A DNA stretch of 54,498 nucleotides, taken from positions 1 through 54,498 of the forward strand of contig CAMEUD010000001.1 of NCBI GenBank assembly GCA_945937975.1, read 5' to 3'. This document shows positions 32,253 through 39,402 of the stretch, piece by piece; the first letter of the stretch is position 1, and each line of letters begins with the position of its first letter. A program made the translations under genes and the position numbers. The notes below the pieces were generated by a model. The model made no database searches. It saw only the letters and a list, made by a program, of their open reading frames with translations, and was not told where the DNA came from. The DNA is from an uncultured Clostridia bacterium (GTDB lineage Bacteria; Bacillota; Clostridia; Christensenellales; UBA1242).

Positions 32253-32391
32253 ATACCATGGTTATGGGAAAGATGATTCTAGAGAAGGTTCACATTTAAT
32301 TCAACGAACAGACAAGAAAGTATGTTCAACTATAACGACATTAGTAAGTTTTAATAAAGTTATTGTTGAGATTTATGAAGATGACAAATAG
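32215..32391 (+). CDS. Second TRD-like mini-ORF (58 aa), +1 frame relative to ORF 32076
   Basis: My own translation is MKTQKAKKKIICEYHGYGKDDSREGSHLIQRTDKKVCSTITTLVSFNKVIVEIYEDDK. It contains CSTITT and ends IVEIYEDD like the other modules. It overlaps ORF 32076 by 38 nt across an A6 run (32232-32237). A hairpin terminator follows. Confidence 0.35.
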   Translation: MKTQKAKKKIICEYHGYGKDDSREGSHLIQRTDKKVCSTITTLVSFNKVIVEIYEDDK

Positions 32392-32407
32392 TATACTATA
32401 GTTAAAT

Positions 32408-32436
32408 AGAGAGGTTAAACTTTAACTTCTCTTTTC
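32408..32436 (+). terminator. Rho-independent terminator after TRD mini-ORFs
   Basis: AGAGAGGTTAAA-C-TTTAACTTCTCT (one G-T pair), followed by TTTT. Confidence 0.7.
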
Positions 32437-32444
32437 TATAAATA
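32437..32444 (+). promoter_or_regulatory. Class-B variant TTTTCTATAAATATA (exact T4 late consensus TATAAATA)
   Basis: It follows the terminator 32408-32432 and lies 30 nt upstream of the topoisomerase ATG 32474. Confidence 0.45.
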
Positions 32445-32473
32445 TAGTATGTGTTTAAAAATATGAAATAATT

Positions 32474-34363
32474 ATGACTAAAACAATAGAAGAAAAATAT
32501 AAATCACTTTCTGAAGTGGAACATGTCAGAAAAAGATCAGGCATGTATCTTGGAAGCAAGGTTACAGAAAGAAGTGAACAATATATATTAGAAGATGGAA
32601 AGTTTATAAAGAAATTAGTTAATTATAATCCTGGTGTATTAAAACTATTTGATGAAATTATTTCTAATTCAGTAGACGAATCAAAAAGAAAAGGTAGTAA
32701 ATTAAATACCATTAAAGTTGAAGTAAATCAAGAAACTGGATATGTGGTTGTATATGACAATGGTGGTATCCCAGTTGAAATACATAAAGAGACTAAAAAG
32801 TATTTAGGAGAAATGCTTTTCGGGAGTTTAAGAACTGGTTCAAATTATGATGATACGGAACAACGAACTGTAGCTGGTACAAATGGTATAGGATCCGTTC
32901 TCGTTAATATTATGTCTGATGAATTTAAAGTGGAAACCGCTGATGGTAAACAAAGGTTTAATATGACTTGGACAGACCATATGTCAAATCACACCAAACC
33001 AAATGTTAAATTTTCCACATCACATTATACGAGAATTACCTATAAACTTGATTTCAATGAATTTGAAATGAATGGTATTGATAATGATTGTTTTAAACTA
33101 ATTGAAAAACGAGTATATGACGTTGCTGGTTGTAATCCTAATTTAACAATATTTTTCAATGGTAAAAAAATAATGATAAACTCTTTCAGAGATTATTGTG
33201 AAATGTATTTGGATAGTGAAAATGTATTGTTATATGAAGAAAATAAAAATTGGCAAATAGGCGTTTCTGTTTCACCTATAGGTAATTTTCAACAAATTAG
33301 TTTCGTGAATAATTGTTATACTTATGATGGTGGTACCCATAATGATTATGTATTGAATCAGATTATACCTACATTAAGAGAAAAGATTAGTAAGAAGTAT
33401 AAAACAGATGTGCTTCCTGGACAAATAAAAAACCATATATTTCTGTTCATCAATTCAACGATATTTAATCCATCTTTTTCAAGTCAAACAAAAGAAAAAC
33501 TCATCACAGACCAAAAGAATTTCGGAACAGAAATTAAATTAACAGATAAATTTATTAATTCAATATATAAAAGTGAAATAACAAATTCGATTACGGATTG
33601 GTTAGAACAAAAGAAAAATGCGGATGAAAAGAAAGCTGAACGAGAAGCGAACAAAGCAATTGCAAAAGTCAAGGTTGATAAATTGGTTGATTGTAAATGG
33701 GCTGGTGGATTAAAAAAATCAAAATGTAGATTGATTTTAACAGAAGGTGATTCAGCTATGTGTGCAATGAGAAAGTTTAGAGATCCTAATACAGATGCAG
33801 GATTAGCATTAAAAGGTAAATCATTGAATGTAAGAGATTTACCAAAAACAAAAGTTATGGAAAATACAGAAATTATGTCAGTAATGTCTGCTATGGGTTT
33901 AAGATTTGGTGAAAATCCAATTGTAATGACATCAAGTGGTAAGATAATAGAAGACAAAACAAGATTTGGTGAAATACAAATATATACAGATGCAGATGTT
34001 GATGGGACTTGTTGTGCGGCTTTAATACTTAATTATATACATAAATTTTGGCCATCTTTGATTAAAGCACATAAAATTGCAAGAGTGGAAACACCTGTGT
34101 TGATTGCAGAACATAAAAAAACAAAAAAAGAAACTTGGTTTTATTATGATAGTGAATATAGGGAATGGTTGGATAAAAATGATATAAATAACTATAATAT
34201 TCATTATTTGAAAGGCCTTGGTAGTTTAAATGATAAACAATCAAAAGAAATATTTCAAAATCCGCATAAGTATTATTATGAATTGGATGATTTTGCCGAA
34301 CAAAGTATGATAGATTGGTTTGGAAAAGATAGTGAACAGAGAAAGAAAATGTTATTAAAATAA
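32474..34363 (+). CDS. Type II DNA topoisomerase large subunit (GHKL ATPase plus Toprim; T4 gp39(+gp60)-like)
   Basis: Motifs are LSEVEHVRKRSGMYLGS, LKLFDEIISNSVDE, YDNGGIPV, GTNGIGS, Toprim LILTEGDSA and IYTDADVDG. ATPase and Toprim are in one ORF, not split as in T4 genes 39 and 60. Confidence 0.85.
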   Translation: MTKTIEEKYKSLSEVEHVRKRSGMYLGSKVTERSEQYILEDGKFIKKLVNYNPGVLKLFDEIISNSVDESKRKGSKLNTIKVEVNQETGYVVVYDNGGIPVEIHKETKKYLGEMLFGSLRTGSNYDDTEQRTVAGTNGIGSVLVNIMSDEFKVETADGKQRFNMTWTDHMSNHTKPNVKFSTSHYTRITYKLDFNEFEMNGIDNDCFKLIEKRVYDVAGCNPNLTIFFNGKKIMINSFRDYCEMYLDSENVLLYEENKNWQIGVSVSPIGNFQQISFVNNCYTYDGGTHNDYVLNQIIPTLREKISKKYKTDVLPGQIKNHIFLFINSTIFNPSFSSQTKEKLITDQKNFGTEIKLTDKFINSIYKSEITNSITDWLEQKKNADEKKAEREANKAIAKVKVDKLVDCKWAGGLKKSKCRLILTEGDSAMCAMRKFRDPNTDAGLALKGKSLNVRDLPKTKVMENTEIMSVMSAMGLRFGENPIVMTSSGKIIEDKTRFGEIQIYTDADVDGTCCAALILNYIHKFWPSLIKAHKIARVETPVLIAEHKKTKKETWFYYDSEYREWLDKNDINNYNIHYLKGLGSLNDKQSKEIFQNPHKYYYELDDFAEQSMIDWFGKDSEQRKKMLLK

Positions 34364-34385
34364 AATAGTTGTATTAATACAACTC

Positions 34386-34417
34386 GGAGAGTATCAGTTT
34401 GTAAAATTGTACTCTCC
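34386..34417 (+). terminator. Hairpin after topoisomerase large subunit (weak terminator)
   Basis: GGAGAGTA and TACTCTCC enclose a 16-nt loop. No clean T-run follows. Confidence 0.4.
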
Positions 34418-34434
34418 TATATTATATAGGTAAA

Positions 34435-34447
34435 TTTGTTATATTTA
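34435..34447 (+). promoter_or_regulatory. Class-A promoter-like motif TTTGTTATATTTA
   Basis: TATATT (34440-34445) ends exactly 6 nt before ATG 34452. Confidence 0.55.
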
Positions 34448-34451
34448 ATAT

Positions 34452-35789
34452 ATGAGAACCAAGACGATAAGTGATTTTTTAAATACTGATTATAAAGATT
34501 ATTCTATGTCAATAATTGAAGAAAGAGCAATTCCATCAGTAATTGATTCTTTTAAAAATGTTCAAAGAAAAATTATTGATATGTCTAATGAAATTTGGAA
34601 AACAGGAAATGAAAAACCAATGAAAGTTTTTCAATTGTGTGGTCAAACTTGTTCAAAAAAACTTTATGTGCATGGTGACACATCTTGTAACAATGCAATA
34701 ATCACTATGTGTCAAACATTTAAAAATAGTATTCCACTGCTTGAATCAGATGGACAGGTAGGAAGTCTTCGAGTTCCAGAATCAGCTAGTCCTCGTTATG
34801 TGGGTTGTTATTTATCTCCAAAATTTAGGTTTATTTATAAAGATTTTGAGTTAATTGAAAATAAAACTGAAGAAGGTCAAATTATTGAACCATTTTATTT
34901 TTTACCTATAATACCAACAATTTTAACTTGTGGAGCCCCTGGGTTAGCAGTAGGCTTCGCATCTAATATTCTTAATAGAAATCCTAAAGATATTATACAA
35001 GCATGTATAGATCATTTAAATGGTAAAAAAATTAAAGAGTTGAAACCATGGTTATCAGAATTTTCTGGTGAATGGGAACGAGATAAAGAAAATCAAAATA
35101 AGTGGTTTGCAAAAGGCAAATATGAAATCACAAAAAATGATGTTCATATAACTGAACTCCCACCAGATTGGACATTTGAGAAATATGAATCATATCTTGA
35201 AAGTTTAATTGATAAAAAGATTATCAAGGATTATGATAATAATTCCTCATCAGTTGTTGATTATATCTTAAAATTCAAGAAGGATGATTTACAGGAATTG
35301 ATAGAAAATGATAAACTTGAGAATATATTGAAGATTACAAGTTCATCTACAGAAAATCTTACAACACTTGATGAAAATGGTAAGTTAAAGATATTTGATT
35401 GTGCAGAAGATATAGTTAAATATTTTGTAGAATTCAGACTTGGTTATTATCAAAAGAGGAAGGATTATTTAATTGATAAGTTTAATAAAGAATTAAAGAA
35501 CTTGTGTTTTAAGGCTAAATTTATCAAGGCAATCATTGATAAAAAACTTGTTGTAAACAATACACCAAAACAGAAAATAGTGGATTGGTTGAATGATAAC
35601 AAGTTTGAAATGATTGATGGTTCTTTTAATTATCTGTTGAATATGCCTATTCATAGTTTGACTAAAGAAAGATTTGATGAATTGATGAACAATGCAAAGG
35701 ATAAGAAAAAACAACTTGAAGAAATCAAAACACGAGAACCAAAGGAAATGTATCTTGATGATTTAAAAGAGCTCAAGAAGAAATTATAA
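34452..35789 (+). CDS. Type II DNA topoisomerase DNA-cleavage subunit (T4 gp52-like, GyrA N-terminal type)
   Basis: YSMSIIEERAIPSVIDSFKNVQRKII is a GyrA/ParC-type N-terminus. SASPRYVGCYL contains the R-Y catalytic-tyrosine context. It lies directly downstream of the ATPase/Toprim subunit. Confidence 0.8.
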   Translation: MRTKTISDFLNTDYKDYSMSIIEERAIPSVIDSFKNVQRKIIDMSNEIWKTGNEKPMKVFQLCGQTCSKKLYVHGDTSCNNAIITMCQTFKNSIPLLESDGQVGSLRVPESASPRYVGCYLSPKFRFIYKDFELIENKTEEGQIIEPFYFLPIIPTILTCGAPGLAVGFASNILNRNPKDIIQACIDHLNGKKIKELKPWLSEFSGEWERDKENQNKWFAKGKYEITKNDVHITELPPDWTFEKYESYLESLIDKKIIKDYDNNSSSVVDYILKFKKDDLQELIENDKLENILKITSSSTENLTTLDENGKLKIFDCAEDIVKYFVEFRLGYYQKRKDYLIDKFNKELKNLCFKAKFIKAIIDKKLVVNNTPKQKIVDWLNDNKFEMIDGSFNYLLNMPIHSLTKERFDELMNNAKDKKKQLEEIKTREPKEMYLDDLKELKKKL

Positions 35790-35797
35790 ATTTAACA

Positions 35798-35805
35798 CAT
35801 AAATA
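35798..35805 (+). promoter_or_regulatory. Class-B promoter-like motif CATAAATA
   Basis: The context is ACACATAAATATAG, 22 nt upstream of ATG 35827. Confidence 0.4.
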
Positions 35806-35826
35806 TAGTGAAAAAATAATATTAAT

Positions 35827-36945
35827 ATGATTAAATCATTTGAAGATTTTATACAAGATTTTGAAATAAATGAAAGTAGTTTAGATACTATTGATATTTT
35901 AGAAATATTGGTGGAGATGTCAAAAGAGAATGAACTTGAAATTTCTGAAGGATGGTCTTTCGGTACGAGGGGTCGGAAGGGGGATAGAAAATTTAAGTTT
36001 GTTGGTGGTAAAAATGATACTGATGCGACATCAACAGAAATTTTTGATGAAAATGGTAAATTTAAATATCATGAAGTTCTTTTACCTAAAAGTGGAGTAA
36101 TGTCATATAATTTATATAAAATATCTGATATGAGGGTATCTAAAGCCTTAAAACATCCTCAAAAATTTAAAGATATTGAAAAAAGAGATATAGATTTTGA
36201 TTCTATTAATCAATTTATGAAAAGAACATCTTTATATATATATCAACTTTTAAAACATAATGAAGTTGATATTATAACATATCCTCAAAGTTCTAGTGAA
36301 TTTAATAAAGATATGGTTGAACATATTATGTCAAGATATAAATCATCACCTGGTATTAAATGTATACCTAATTTAATGACAAAAAATATCAGAAATGTCT
36401 ATATTAATTATACAATTGCCAAAGAATTGGGATTAACTGATAGTGAAATCAATCAATTAAGGAAGGATATAGAAAATTGGCAAAAAGATGCGGATGTATA
36501 TGAATTAAGACTTCAAGTTGATGCACTTAAAGATTCAATTGCTTATAAATTAGGTAAAAGAGGTAGACCTTCAAATGAAATTAAAAGAGTAAAAGAAGAA
36601 ATTCAAGCACTTGAAGAACTTATTAGAATTAAAAGAAAGGGAAGAAAAGGAAGAGATAAAACCATAACACATGACGGAAGGGCAAAGAATTTTGAAATAA
36701 AATCTATTGAAGATAGAAGAAGAAGATCATTAGAGGGATTATTTGGTATAAATCCCGCATTGCAAGGTATTCAACAAAATTTAAAAGGCAAACATATTGT
36801 TATTTTTGATGATAATATTTCATCTGGTGCTACACTTGATGATATATGTTTAGAATTACAAAAATTGGGTGTTGCGTCTATTCTTCCTATTACATTAGCG
36901 ATTATACCAAAAACTGTATATGGCGGTGTCCATGAGAAAATATAA
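35827..36945 (+). CDS. ComF-like phosphoribosyltransferase-domain protein with large insertion
   Basis: The C-terminal GKHIVIFDDNISSGATLDDICLELQKLG is a type I PRTase PRPP-binding loop. It is preceded by RRRRSLEGLFGINP, like the R..N..gaF element of ComF proteins. DIITYPQSSSEFN also resembles ComF. A ~90-aa K/R-rich coiled insertion separates the parts. Confidence 0.5.
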   Translation: MIKSFEDFIQDFEINESSLDTIDILEILVEMSKENELEISEGWSFGTRGRKGDRKFKFVGGKNDTDATSTEIFDENGKFKYHEVLLPKSGVMSYNLYKISDMRVSKALKHPQKFKDIEKRDIDFDSINQFMKRTSLYIYQLLKHNEVDIITYPQSSSEFNKDMVEHIMSRYKSSPGIKCIPNLMTKNIRNVYINYTIAKELGLTDSEINQLRKDIENWQKDADVYELRLQVDALKDSIAYKLGKRGRPSNEIKRVKEEIQALEELIRIKRKGRKGRDKTITHDGRAKNFEIKSIEDRRRRSLEGLFGINPALQGIQQNLKGKHIVIFDDNISSGATLDDICLELQKLGVASILPITLAIIPKTVYGGVHEKI

Positions 36946-36953
36946 TTTTAAAA

Positions 36954-36981
36954 AGAGTGAAATTTGAATTTCACTCTTTTT
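36954..36981 (+). terminator. Rho-independent terminator
   Basis: AGAGTGAAATT/AATTTCACTCT stem followed by a T-run that merges into the class-A motif. Confidence 0.75.
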
Positions 36982-36991
36982 GTTATTTTTA
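36979..36991 (+). promoter_or_regulatory. Class-A promoter-like motif TTTGTTATTTTTA
   Basis: It follows the terminator T-run, about 22 nt upstream of thyX ATG 37014. Confidence 0.5.
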
Positions 36992-37013
36992 CTTTAGTAA
37001 AAAAATTATAAAT

Positions 37014-37967
37014 ATGAAATTTGTAGAAGATAATGTCGAGTATCTTTCACAAGAACCAGGTGTGGAAGGTATGTATAAAATGATGGAACTTGCGGCGAGA
37101 CAATGTTACCTCACAACTGATTTGATTAAAGACGGCTCCGCACATAAAATTATTGATGAAGTATGTATTCCACATGGACACACTTCTGTAATTGAATTTG
37201 GAACAGTATATCTGATTATTCCATTGTATTATAAATTTGTTATTGAATCATATCAAGAAGATAGATATTCAAGAGTTAATATTGTTGGTGACAATGCGTA
37301 TGTTACAACAACATTTAGAACAATTCTTCAAGGAGATTATAAGGATCCTATAGAGGCAATTAAAAATAATTTTGATAAACATTGGAAAGATGACTTGAAA
37401 TTTTGGTCAGAACCTACTGAACACCACCATAAGAGATACTGTTTCAGATTTACTATGGATAGGGTTGGTAGTCAATCAGTCGTAAGACATAGAGGAACTT
37501 GGGGGATTTCTTATGCTCAGGAGTCAACTAGATATGTGAATTACAACAGAGATAAGTTTGACCATGAAATTATGGTATCAGTACCTTCTAAATTTTATTC
37601 TTTAATTGATGAATGGTCATTGAGAATTGATGAGAATGGTTTTGATTATAAGTGGTTAAAAGATGCACCATTTGAAAAACAACTTGTATTTTTAAGAGAA
37701 CATGATAAAGGTTGGCAAGTTTATGAGCATTCATTATTAACGGCAGAAAGAGATTATATGACACTCATTTCAGATTATTGTTGGAATACTGAAGATGCAA
37801 GAGGTGTATTGAATCTTGATATAAAAACACAATTTATGATGTGTGCTTATATAGAAGATTGGAAAATGTGGTTATTTAGAAGATGTGATAAACATGCACA
37901 TCCACATATACAAATGTTTGCCAATATGGTGAAAGAAAACTTTGAAAAATTGGGTATCAATATATAA
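37014..37967 (+). CDS. thyX: Flavin-dependent thymidylate synthase ThyX
   Basis: SVVRHRGTWGISYAQESTRY contains the ThyX RHR..(S)..Q.S.RY signature. I prefer the start at 37014 (MKFVEDN), because the track extension from 36957 covers the upstream terminator and class-A motif. Confidence 0.8.
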   Translation: MKFVEDNVEYLSQEPGVEGMYKMMELAARQCYLTTDLIKDGSAHKIIDEVCIPHGHTSVIEFGTVYLIIPLYYKFVIESYQEDRYSRVNIVGDNAYVTTTFRTILQGDYKDPIEAIKNNFDKHWKDDLKFWSEPTEHHHKRYCFRFTMDRVGSQSVVRHRGTWGISYAQESTRYVNYNRDKFDHEIMVSVPSKFYSLIDEWSLRIDENGFDYKWLKDAPFEKQLVFLREHDKGWQVYEHSLLTAERDYMTLISDYCWNTEDARGVLNLDIKTQFMMCAYIEDWKMWLFRRCDKHAHPHIQMFANMVKENFEKLGINI

Positions 37968-37970
37968 AAA

Positions 37971-37997
37971 AGAGTGGAAATATTTCCACTCTTTTAT
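37971..37997. terminator. Bidirectional terminator between thyX and the minus-strand 174-aa gene
   Basis: The palindrome AGAGTGGAAATATTTCCACTCT is flanked by A-rich and T-rich runs. Confidence 0.75.
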
Positions 37998-38522
37998 TTA
38001 TTTTTTTTTCATATATTCTGGTGAATATTGTTTAATTAGTTTAATTAATTTTTCTTCATCTATCTTATCATCAAATGGTGATTCCCAGAAGAACAATACT
38101 CTTATAATATTTGCACACCACCATTTCCAAGAGATACGGTATGTATCTACATCATATTTATATTCTGATGGATTATTAGATTTTTCATAATATTTTACAA
38201 GTCTTGCTGCTGTACTATAGCCTTCTCTGTCCGCATCCATCCATTTGATAGTCTCCAATGTTGCAGTTTTTGGTGTTGCCCCATCTACTAACATACCAGT
38301 AATTGGAAATTGGAAACCATAATCTGCAATTTCCTTTGAAAGATCTAATAAATCCGCCATAGTTTTACACTTTTTTAATTGTTGTGCAAATTTCAGTGCA
38401 GCTTTACCGAAATAATCGTCAAGTTTCTTTTTATATCTTTTGTCACCACCAGGAAGTTTGTCCCAAATTGTTTTTTCGGGCACATTTGATTCGTTTATAA
38501 ATTCATCAAAATTCTTTACCAT
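37998..38522 (-). CDS. Hypothetical protein (174 aa)
   Basis: It is a clean ORF on the minus strand, with CATAAATA 26 nt upstream (minus strand, 38548-38555) and a palindromic terminator downstream. I recognised no motif. Confidence 0.5.
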   Translation of the reverse strand: MVKNFDEFINESNVPEKTIWDKLPGGDKRYKKKLDDYFGKAALKFAQQLKKCKTMADLLDLSKEIADYGFQFPITGMLVDGATPKTATLETIKWMDADREGYSTAARLVKYYEKSNNPSEYKYDVDTYRISWKWWCANIIRVLFFWESPFDDKIDEEKLIKLIKQYSPEYMKKK

Positions 38523-38527
38523 AATTA

Positions 38528-38540
38528 TTTGTTATATTTA
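38528..38540 (+). promoter_or_regulatory. Class-A promoter-like motif TTTGTTATATTTA
   Basis: It lies in the divergent region, about 21 nt upstream of ATG 38562. Confidence 0.5.
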
Positions 38541-38547
38541 TATATAT

Positions 38548-38555
38548 TATTTATG
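38548..38555 (-). promoter_or_regulatory. Class-B promoter-like motif (minus strand ACATAAATAATATATA)
   Basis: It lies 26 nt upstream of minus-strand start 38522, adjacent to the plus-strand class-A motif. Confidence 0.45.
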
Positions 38556-38561
38556 TAAATT

Positions 38562-38993
38562 ATGTGGTTAAAAAATTTTTATAATGAATTAAAGGCTTGG
38601 CATATAATCAGAAAAGTTTATAAAGAAAACAAATCTGAATTTGAAAAAATTGGTTTAAAAAAAGATTGGTTTGGTAGATTGTGGTTGGTTATTAATCGTG
38701 ATCCTAAAATTCCATTAGGTTCTGCTGAAGATGAAGAACTTTTAGGTAATGAATTACATATTATAAGTGATTTTTTGATTAAAATGAATATTATGGATAT
38801 TCTTGCTTATGAATTAATACCTTTAGAAAAACATGATGAAGAAACATATGAAAACGCGTATTTAATTAAATTAACACCAGCTTGGAATCTTACTAAACAA
38901 TATGTTAATAAATGGTCGATTTCATTTATTGTATTATTTTTACTTGGATTAATTTTTAGTTTAATATATCTGTTTTCATTATGGTTGATGTAG
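38562..38993 (+). CDS. Hypothetical protein with C-terminal transmembrane segment (143 aa)
   Basis: A class-A motif lies upstream. The C-terminal WSISFIVLFLLGLIFSLIYLFSLWLM is hydrophobic. Confidence 0.5.
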   Translation: MWLKNFYNELKAWHIIRKVYKENKSEFEKIGLKKDWFGRLWLVINRDPKIPLGSAEDEELLGNELHIISDFLIKMNIMDILAYELIPLEKHDEETYENAYLIKLTPAWNLTKQYVNKWSISFIVLFLLGLIFSLIYLFSLWLM

Positions 38994-39361
38994 ATAAAAT
39001 GAATGAACTTGGTTTGCAATCATACCAAAAACAATTAGATTATATTGAAAATCAATATTTAAACTTAATTTATAATAGATTATTGGATGTTATACAAGAA
39101 CGGTGGGAATATGAAAAAACAATTAATTTAATTGAATGGAAATGTGCGATATGTGGTGAAAAAATTCTTGCTGATAAAAAACGAAATGATGTTGAAAATT
39201 TCGTTTGTAATCGATGTAAAGAATATCATAATAATAAAAATGAAATTATAGACCATAGGATTTTAGATTCAAGAACAAAGATGTATAAAACAATAGAAGA
39301 CAGATTATATGAAGAATTGGAAGATAATTTAACAAGTATAATGCAAAGGAGAGGCTTATAA
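38981..39361 (+). CDS. Small zinc-ribbon protein (126 aa)
   Basis: It has two CxxC pairs (CAICGEK, CNRCKEY). It overlaps the upstream ORF by 13 nt. A terminator hairpin overlaps its last codons. Confidence 0.5.
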   Translation: MVDVDKMNELGLQSYQKQLDYIENQYLNLIYNRLLDVIQERWEYEKTINLIEWKCAICGEKILADKKRNDVENFVCNRCKEYHNNKNEIIDHRILDSRTKMYKTIEDRLYEELEDNLTSIMQRRGL

Positions 39362-39374
39362 CCTCTCCTTTTTT
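39348..39374 (+). terminator. Rho-independent terminator
   Basis: GGAGAGG - CTTATAA - CCTCTCC followed by T6. It overlaps the last codons of ORF 38981. Confidence 0.75.
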
Positions 39375-39382
39375 CATAAATA
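39375..39382 (+). promoter_or_regulatory. Class-B promoter-like motif TTTTTTCATAAATAATAA
   Basis: It directly follows the terminator T-run and lies 21 nt upstream of ATG 39403. Confidence 0.5.
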
Positions 39383-39402
39383 ATAATATACATTTAATAG
39401 GT

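Noticed and set aside
32474-34363. The possibility of a T4 gene-60-like translational bypass or a split in the topoisomerase large subunit.
   Set aside because: ATPase and Toprim motifs are contiguous in a single uninterrupted ORF, so there is no evidence for a split or bypass.
20496-37013. N-terminal extensions in the ORF track: 20496 for the exonuclease, 28267 (TTG) for the MTase, 29522 (GTG) for the C-half, 31181 (TTG) for the catalytic half and 36957 for thyX.
   Set aside because: The extensions cover terminator hairpins or class-A motifs, or use non-ATG starts. Downstream ATGs give N-termini that match the paralogues (for example MINKYTKENPLKVF against MKYNNDRPLRVF). The track coordinates remain possible alternatives.
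37942-38190. Plus-strand 82-aa ORF overlapping the end of thyX and the minus-strand 174-aa gene.
   Set aside because: It runs straight through the palindromic bidirectional terminator (37971-37992) and is antisense to a better-supported minus-strand ORF that has a class-B motif.
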